Shown: positions 56,260-64,000 of the stretch, piece by piece
How the letters are laid out: every line of letters starts with the position of its first letter
How positions within the stretch are numbered: the stretch's first letter is position 1
From: the human T2T-CHM13v2.0 reference genome, Homo sapiens
Assembly (NCBI RefSeq): GCF_009914755.1
Contig: NC_060936.1
Reading direction: 5' to 3' (one strand)
Length of the DNA: 64,000 bases
Notes under the pieces: model-generated
What the model was told of the DNA's origin: nothing
Database searches by the model: none
What the model saw: the letters and a program-made list of their open reading frames with translations, nothing else
Translations under genes and position numbers: made by a program

Positions 56260-56928
56260 TTAAGGCCATTTCAAATCATTCAAGTAAATTTTACAAAAAT
56301 GCTCAAAATAGGGAGACTAAAGTATCTGCTGGTAATGGTAGGCCACCTCTTCAGCTGGATGGAGGCCTTCTCCCTCCCAACTGCCACTGCCCTGAATGCG
56401 GTCAAAATAATCTTAAAACAAATTATACCTAAATTTGGCCTGGTAGAAGGTATTAATTCAAACAATGGGAGCGACTTTACCTCAAGAGCACTAAGGGGAA
56501 TTACGGAAAGTTTACACATTAAATGGGATTACCACACCCCTTGGCATCCCTCTTCCTTTGAAAAAGTAAAAAGAATAAATCAAAGTCTCAGAAAGTATAT
56601 TACTAAACTAATCTTAGAAACTAAAATGCCTTTGACCAAATGTCTCCCAATAGCACTCCTTAGGATTAAGACAGCCCCACAAAAAACTGGAAATTGTCCC
56701 CTTACAAGTTGTTATATGGACTCCCGTATTTAGGTAGGACCACTAACTTTCCTACTATAAAACTCAAAAACCAATTTAAAAAAAAATTGTATACTGGCCA
56801 TATCCTCCACCCTGTCATTCCTTAGGTTAAAAGGACTTCTAACTCAAACCCTGTCTCTGAAGTTCACAGTTCACCACTTCCAGCCTGGCAGCTCAGTGCT
56901 AATTACCACTTAAAGAAAAACAAGCTCA

Positions 56929-57210
56929 GGCCGGGCGCGGTGGCTCACACCTGTAATCCCAGCTCTTTGGGAGGCCGAGGTGGGAGGATCACAAGGTCAG
57001 GAGTTCGAGACCAGCCTGGCCAAGATGGTGAAAACACATCTCTACTAAAAATACAAAAATTAGCTGGGCGTGGTGGTGGGTGCCTGTAATCCCAGTTACT
57101 TGAGAGGCTGAGGCAGAGAATTGCTTGAACCCAGGAGGCGGAGCTTGCAGTGAGCAGAGATTGCACCACTGCACTCCAGCCTGAGACTCCATTAAAAAAA
57201 AAAAAAAACA
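56929..57210 (+). mobile_element. AluS (Sg-like) inserted in ERV integrase C-terminal region
   Basis: Dimer with a short 3' internal deletion; flanking repeat aaacaagctc. Confidence 0.92.
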
Positions 57211-57449
57211 AACAAGCTCCACCCAAACTGGGAAGGTCCCCATCAGGTGCTCCTAACCACCAAACCACCGTGCAAATAGCTAAACAAGGGTAAATACATT
57301 ACACTAGGGTCAAAAAACTGGAAAACAAACAAACAAAAAACAAACAAACAAAAAAAAACAGAAAAAAATGAAACAAAGGGAAAAGGGTAAATGGGAAGTG
57401 TATAAATCACCTAAGAAACCCTTAAAGCTAACTCTAAGGAAAACCTAAA

Positions 57450-58775
57450 AGGAAGCTATAAGCAGGCTCCGTCATTGGGGGTGGATGCGGTTAGAATTAA
57501 TTCTACTACCAGGGGTAAGGGGGTTCACAATTATTAAATGGAGCCTGATAGAAAAAAAAATCCCATCAAACTAATAGTCAGCAGAATTAAAACCTCCACC
57601 CCCCAAACCATAAAGTTCAATGCCTGCCAAGTCTTACAGTGTGAAAATTTAGGAAACCAAAGGCAGCTGTCACAAGCGAACAAATATCTATGTCCTAAAA
57701 CAGGTTGCTATTGGGAAAAGCCCTGTGCTAGCTGAAATGGGGTCTGGTAAACCACCCAATTTCAAGGCTGGGTGAGTCACTCTTCCAAAAACAAACCCTT
57801 AAAAAAGAAAATACATTTGTATAAGGGCCCTACGCCACCTAACTGTAAAAATTTAGAATGCAATCCTATATTAATTACCATAAACAACCCAGCTACTCTA
57901 AACCAGGAAGCCTGGAGGTATGGATTAGGAATAAATATCTCAGGAAGGGATCCTGTAGGACGGTTAGCTTTTAGGCAAGTCACCATCTCCACCCCAAGCC
58001 CACCCAGGATTACTGTCACTCCCCATCCCACTACTTCCTTTAACCCACCAGACAACCCTAAGAGAGTAAAAATAATTAAAATAACTAACTTAAGGCAAAT
58101 TTAAAAAGTTAAGACTGAATATGGGGGTGTAAATGCCTGGGTTAAATGGGTCAAATTTTCAATACTAGCTCTTAATAAGAGCGACTGTTACGCATGGTCT
58201 GCTGGGCGGCCTCAGGCACAGGGTAGTTCTGTTTCCCCTGAAATGGAATACCAATCCCAAAGGCAGGCATTGCATGTTGGCTCTGTACTAAAACAGAAAT
58301 GCATGGGGAAATAAGACTTACAAAAGCCTATCATTGCTCTTTCCTGCCTTACGAAGGTCAAGTTCTAGAGCAATCCCCTTGTTCTCCATAGGGAATATAA
58401 ACCACTCCTTCTGCCTCTCTATGCAGGGGCAAAGTTCAATAAGCCTATGGGAAAACTCCCAACTTGTACACACATCCTAAACGTTACTGATGAGTCAAAC
58501 AAAGGCGACTACTCGGCTCTTCATATGCCCTGGGCTAATGTCTGGTGGTACTGTGGGAAGAGAAACCTCAGTAACCTGTTAGTATCCAATTGCACCGGAA
58601 CTTGTGCCTTACTTAGTTCAACTGGCCATTCCATTCACCTTGACATTCCATAAAAATCCCCAAGAATCCACATGGCCACCAAAGGTGGAAAAATTTAATA
58701 AGTTCTTTTAATTCCAACATTTATGGTAACTCAATAGGAGTTCCTAATGGAGTATCTAATAAATTTAAAAACGAA
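57450..58775 (+). pseudogene. ERV env remnant (SU; most of TM deleted)
   Basis: IKFNACQVLQC...KYLCP, GPTPPNCKNLECNPILITI, WWYCG...TGTCAL, SIGVP. The sequence jumps to the PPT without an immunosuppressive domain or TM anchor. Confidence 0.75.
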
Positions 58776-58837
58776 AGAATACAAAAATAAATGTGGAAAT
58801 GGGAACAATAAGAGTAAAAAGAAAAAGAAGAAGGAAT

Positions 58838-59456
58838 TAAAGGAAACAACGCATACAGTGGTCCATTTCCAAGACAAAGTGCCTTAAATTGGCTTAGGTC
58901 AGCAAACTACAGAAGAAACAGGAAATACTAGGCCCCTGCTTCGATAGCTGATGCCTGCTTGTCAGCCTCCCCACCTTCCCCCTCTTCCCCGCCCCTTAGT
59001 TGCCCTCACCCGAACCAAAGAAGTTTAGTCTAAGATGAGTTTACTAGCCTACAGAATAGCTTGTTTTGTGGGTTCTTATCAGCCTGCCCAGCTACTTAGG
59101 TCATAAATCAAATACTTGAAGAGCCCCTGAGCTAACTAGAATTGCAATGCATTGTGGGCTGCAACAAAATGCAGCAAGACAATCTAAAAAAAAAAAAAAA
59201 AAAAAGCACCTGAAGCCCCTACCCAACAATCAATAGGCGACATTTGGGAAAATTGTGACCCCATGTGTCCAGTCTATAAGGAAACGGGAGAGGGACCTGC
59301 CCACTAGGGGATAAATTGCTTGTTAAAACTGTGCTGGATGTGCTTGCCTATCAAACACCCAATCTTGCAAAACCATCATTGAAAGTCTCGCTTTCACTGT
59401 TCTCCAAGTCTCTGAGTCCATTGTTTGGGTTTAAATGGGTAAGTTTGTTTCTCAGA
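58838..59456 (+). repeat. 3' LTR (LTR10C-like)
   Basis: taaaggaaacaacgcatacagtggtccatttccaagac...tttgtttctcaga; preceded by the PPT, followed by the TSD. Confidence 0.88.
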
Positions 59457-59483
59457 AGGTGAAAGAGTGAACTATTCAAATAT

Positions 59484-59775
59484 GGCCAGGTGCAGTGCCT
59501 CATGCCTGTAATCCCAGCACTTTGGGAGACCGAGGCGGGTGGATCACCTGAGGTAGGAGTTCGACACCAGCCTGGCCAAAATGGAGAAACCCCATCACTA
59601 CTAAAAATACAAAAATTAGCTGGGTGTGGTGGTGCATGCCTGTAATCCCAGCCACTTAGGGGACTGAGGCATGAGAATGGCTTGAACCTGGGAGGCAGAG
59701 ATTGCAGTGAGCCAAGACCATGCCCTCGCACTCCGGCCTGGGTGGCAGAGTGAGACTCTGTCTCAAAAAAAAAGA
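59484..59775 (+). mobile_element. AluS
   Basis: Dimer; TSD gaactattcaaatat at 59469-59483 and 59776-59790. Confidence 0.95.
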
Positions 59776-60384
59776 GAACTATTCAAATATAAGGGAAACA
59801 GCTGGTGCATAGTCTCTAGGTGGAAACCCTTAGTTTGTGGGTGTCAGATAGCAGAATAAAGATCAGGGTGACAGAGGCTGAAGAGCAGGAGGGGGCTGGG
59901 AAAGTTGCAGGGCCTTGTGGGTATGCAGAGGATACAGGAGTTTGAGGATCAAAGTTTAGAACTCTGGAGCACTGAGGGGATGGCCATTGCATTCTGAATC
60001 TTCCTACTTCTCCATTTAGCATATGGCCTTCCTTTGCTTCTAGAGATTGCCTTTTCTAGGCTTCAGGACCCACAGATATTCCTTGGGAAAATGGTCTTTT
60101 AGACTTGTTCTTCTCTCTTTCCCATCATTATTGGAATATGCTTTCCCCCTCCTTTTAGGAGTGAAGAAACCTCATGAGTGAGTTCACACTTAGATGTTTA
60201 TATGACAAGTAAATGCTTAAAAGTCTTTGATTTGAGAGTTTGGGAAGTGATAGAAATGATAGAAAGGGAAAGGCTGTGTCTAGATTTCACAGGCCTTAAG
60301 TCTAAGGATTGCTGATTTCGGTGGTTTAAAACCACCAAAATAAATACATTTGTCTATTTCTCCTTGTGATTCTATCAGATTTTT

Positions 60385-61160
60385 TTCTCCAATTGTTTTA
60401 TTTTGATAAAATACACATAACATAAAATTTACCATCTTAACCATTTTTAAATACACTGTTCAGTGGTGATAAGTACATTCACATTGCAGTGCAACCATCA
60501 CCACCACCCATCTCCAGAACTCTTTTCGTCTTGCAAAACTGAAATTCTACCCATCAAACACCACCAACCCCCATTCCCTCTTCCAGCCCCTGGCAACTAC
60601 TGTTCTGCTTTCTGTCTGTATAATTCTGACGATGCTACCTTTTATAGGTATAGTCTTACCGTTTTTGTCTTTTCGTGTCTGGCTTATTTCACTTAGCATA
60701 TGTCCTCAAGGCTCATTCATTTGTAGCATATGTCAGATTTTTCTTCCTTTTTAAGGAAGAATAATATTAAAGTGTGTGTGTATACCATATTTTATCTATT
60801 CACCTATCAATGGACACTTGGTTTGCTTTCCCATTTTAGCTATTGTGAGAAATGCTATGTGAACGTGGGTGTACAAATATCTCTTTAAGCATGTGCTTTC
60901 AATTATTTTGAGTATATATCTAGAAATGGAATTATGGGATCACATGGTAATACTATACTTAATTTTTTGAGGAACGGTCATACTGTTTTCCACAGCAGCT
61001 GTGCCATTTTACACTCTCACCAATGGTGCACAAGAGTTCCAATTTTCCACTCTCTTACAAACACTTGTCATTGTCTTTCTTTTAAAAAATATATATTAGC
61101 CAACTTCTGGGTGTGAAGTGGTATCTCATTGAAGTTTGGATTTGCATTTCCCTAATTATT
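60385..61160 (-). mobile_element. Old L1 (L1MB-like) 3' end
   Basis: aaaatacacataacataaaatttaccatcttaacc...gtgaagtggtatctcattg. Confidence 0.8.
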
Positions 61161-63950
61161 GGTTCTATCAGTTTTTGTTTCATATATTTTGTGGCTCTTT
61201 CATTAGATGAATAAGCATAATTCCAAACATAACAATTGGAATTGTTATGTCCTCTTGATTGACTCCTTTATCATTATGAAATGATCTTTTTCTCAGTGAT
61301 AGTATTTGTTCTGAAATATACATTGTTTGATATTAATATAGCTATTCTAGGTTTCCTTTCATCAGAATTAACATGGTATATATCTTTTGTCATCTTTTTA
61401 CTTTTAAGCTTTTATTATGTTAAAGTAAGTTTTAAATAGAATGGCATATGGCTGTTTGTAAAATCTAAAGTGATAACCTCTAACCTCTGCCTTTTAATTG
61501 AAGTGTATAGACCATTTACATTTAATGTAATTATTGGTGCAGTTGGGTTCAAACCTACCATCTTGCTATTTGTTTCTCTATTACTTATCTGTTCTTTGTT
61601 ATGCTTATCTTCTTTTTCTGCATTTTGGGGGCAATCTATAACTTTTTGTACTTTTACAAAGTGGCCACATTAGGGTTTATGGTATATGTATTGAACTTAT
61701 CATCATCTACCTTCAAGTAATATTATAGCACCTTATATATAGTAATCCCTCTTAGCTGCAGGAGATATAATCCAAGACCTCTAGTGGATCCCTGAAATCA
61801 AAGATAGCACTGAACCATATATGTACTATTTTTTTTAATCTGATAACCAAGACAGTTAAGCTACTAAGTGACTAATGGGCGGGCAGCATATACAGCATGA
61901 ATATGCTGGACAAAGGGATGATTCATTTCCTCGGTAGGTGGAAAGTGAGATGATGCAAGATTTCATCTTACTACTCAGAATACTGTGTAATTTAAAACTT
62001 ATGAATTGCCTACTTCCGGAATTTTCCATTTAATATTTTCAGACAATGGTTGATATCTGGTAACTGAAACCATGAAGAGCAAAGCCATAGATAAAGGGAG
62101 ACTACTGTATAGAAACCTTCAACGATATATCACCATTCCTCCCCTTTTGGCCTTTGTGCTATTGCTGTCATTGATTTTATTCCTATGTATTTATAATTCT
62201 TACAAGATTTTTAAAAAATTTAAATAGTTAATGATCTTCTAAAGGGATTTAAATAATAAGAAAAAAAGCCTTTTATATTTACACATAGAGTTACCATTTC
62301 CAGAGCACTTCATTCTTGGTGCATACCCAGATTTCCACATGGTATTGTTTTCCTTCTGTAGTATGCGCCTGTGAATGATAAAATCTTTCAGTTTTTGTAT
62401 GTCTCTAAAAGACTTTACTTTACCGTCATTTCTGAAAGATATTTTCACTGGGTATAGAATTCTAAGTTGACAGTTTTTTCTTTTATCTTTTTGGTCCTCT
62501 GAAGATGTTGCTACCTTATCTTCTAGCTTGTGTTGTTTCTTATGGGAAGCTGGCTGTCATTCTTATCTTAGTTCCTTTGTAATATATCTCCCCATCCCCC
62601 TCTACCCCTGCCACTTTTAAGATTTTCCATTTATCAGTGGTGTAGAGCAATTTGATTATGTACCTTGGTATAGTTTTTTTACTCCCTCACGATTCTTGTG
62701 TTCAGGGTTTGTTGGGGTTTTCAGATCTGTGGGTTTATGATTTTCATCAATTTGGAAGATGAAACTCTAAAGCCGTATTTCTTTAAATATTTTTGTGTCT
62801 CCTCTTCCTTCAGGTGCTACAATTACGTTCATATTAGGCTATGTGAAGTTGTCCCACAGCTCAATGATATTCTGTTTAACTTTTGTTCAGTATTTTTTTC
62901 TCTGTGGGTTTTTTGGATGATCTTTATTGCCTTGTGTCAAGTTCACTAATATTTTCTTCTGTAATGTCTAATCTGCTATTAACCTCAATCAGTGTATTTC
63001 CTTTTTATTTCACATAGTTTTTATCTCTAGAAGTTCAATTTCGGTCGTTTAAATATCTTCCATATCTCTACTTAACATGCTCAATCTTTCCTCCAGCTTC
63101 CTGGAGGAAATAGAATACAGTTTAATAAGTACTTTAATGTCTTATATACTAATTTCATCATTTGTATCATTTCTCGGTTCAGTTTTGTATGATTGATTTT
63201 TTTTCTTCTTTATAGGTAGTATTTTCTTGCTTCTTTGCAAGCCTAGTAATTTTTGACTAGATGCCAGACATTGTAAATTTTACCTCATTGGGTGATGGAT
63301 ATTTTTAGATATTTTATGCTTCTAAGCTTTGTTTTGAGATGCAGTTAATTTAGTTTAATCCTTTTAGATCTTGCTTTTAAGCTTTGGTGGGATTTGAACT
63401 ATCTTTGGAGCTAATTTTCCACTATTCAGGGGAACAACAACAAAACACCTCTTCTGAGTATTCATGAATTATGAAGTTTTTACTCTGGCTGGGGAGAGCA
63501 AGAACTATTTCTGGCTCTGTGAGCCCCACAGAGAAGTCCCTGTGTCTTTTCAGTAGTTCTTTTCCGAGGCTGTGGTAGTTTTTTCACATCCATGGTTTGA
63601 TCAGTCTCAGCTGAAGGCTTGCAGGGAACTCTTTACAGATCTCTGAAGGCTCTTCTCTGTATAGTATTTTAATCTACAAGACTCTGCATTGCAAACTTTA
63701 TCTGTCTTGCTGTCCCCAGATTCCCACCTTCAACTGAGAGAGATTACTGGGTCTGCCTGGGTTCCTGTTCTCTGTATGGTAGGCTGGATAATCCTTCTAG
63801 GCAGTAAGCTGGGGTAATCTTAGGGTTTACCTCATTTATTTGTCATCTCTCAGGGATCATGGTTTTCTATTGCCTAATGTTCAATATCTCAAAACCTATT
63901 ATTTCTTATCTTTTATCTGTTTTTTTAACTCATTGTTGGGTTGCTTGGGA
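61160..63950 (-). mobile_element. Old L1M (degraded ORF2 start, ORF1 and 5' region)
   Basis: T-rich L1-like text; ORF 62239-62448 KISFRNDGKVKSFRDIQKLKDFI resembles the L1 ORF1 C-terminus. Confidence 0.7.
61740..62107 (+). mobile_element. Tigger-derived MER44-like DNA transposon inside old L1
   Basis: Degenerate TIRs (tagtaatccctctta ... taagggagactactg) flanked by TA. Confidence 0.75.
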
Positions 63951-64000
63951 GTGCTTTAAAAAATCCAGTTTCTTGGAATCTGTATTGGCTAATATGAGGC

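Overview
Human (primate) genomic DNA containing the promoter and first coding exon of PRMT8 (ATG 26168, exon 1 CDS 26168-26242, MGMKHSSRCLLLRRKMAENAAESTE, phase-0 GT donor at 26243) in a CpG island. About 38 kb of intron 1 follows; exon 2 is not in the window. The promoter and early intron carry a near-perfect REST/RE1 site, a candidate DR0 nuclear-receptor element, a uORF, G4 motifs and long GA/CA/TG microsatellites. Intron 1 holds two large insertions. The first is a full-length L1HS Ta-0 (minus strand, 14-bp TSD, inserted into an MLT1 LTR) with intact ORF1 and ORF0 and an ORF2 broken only by one nonsense codon (W1036*). The second is a sense-oriented HERV-I/LTR10-type provirus (tRNA-Ile PBS, AGGT TSD) with a strong GA>AA hypermutation signature and about 1.5 kb of non-retroviral-looking sequence in place of NC/protease/RT. 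The rest is ordinary Alu, L2, MIR, old L1, MaLR and DNA-transposon debris. Most short ORFs in the track are non-coding noise. Family and subfamily names come from recalled consensus sequences, not database searches.
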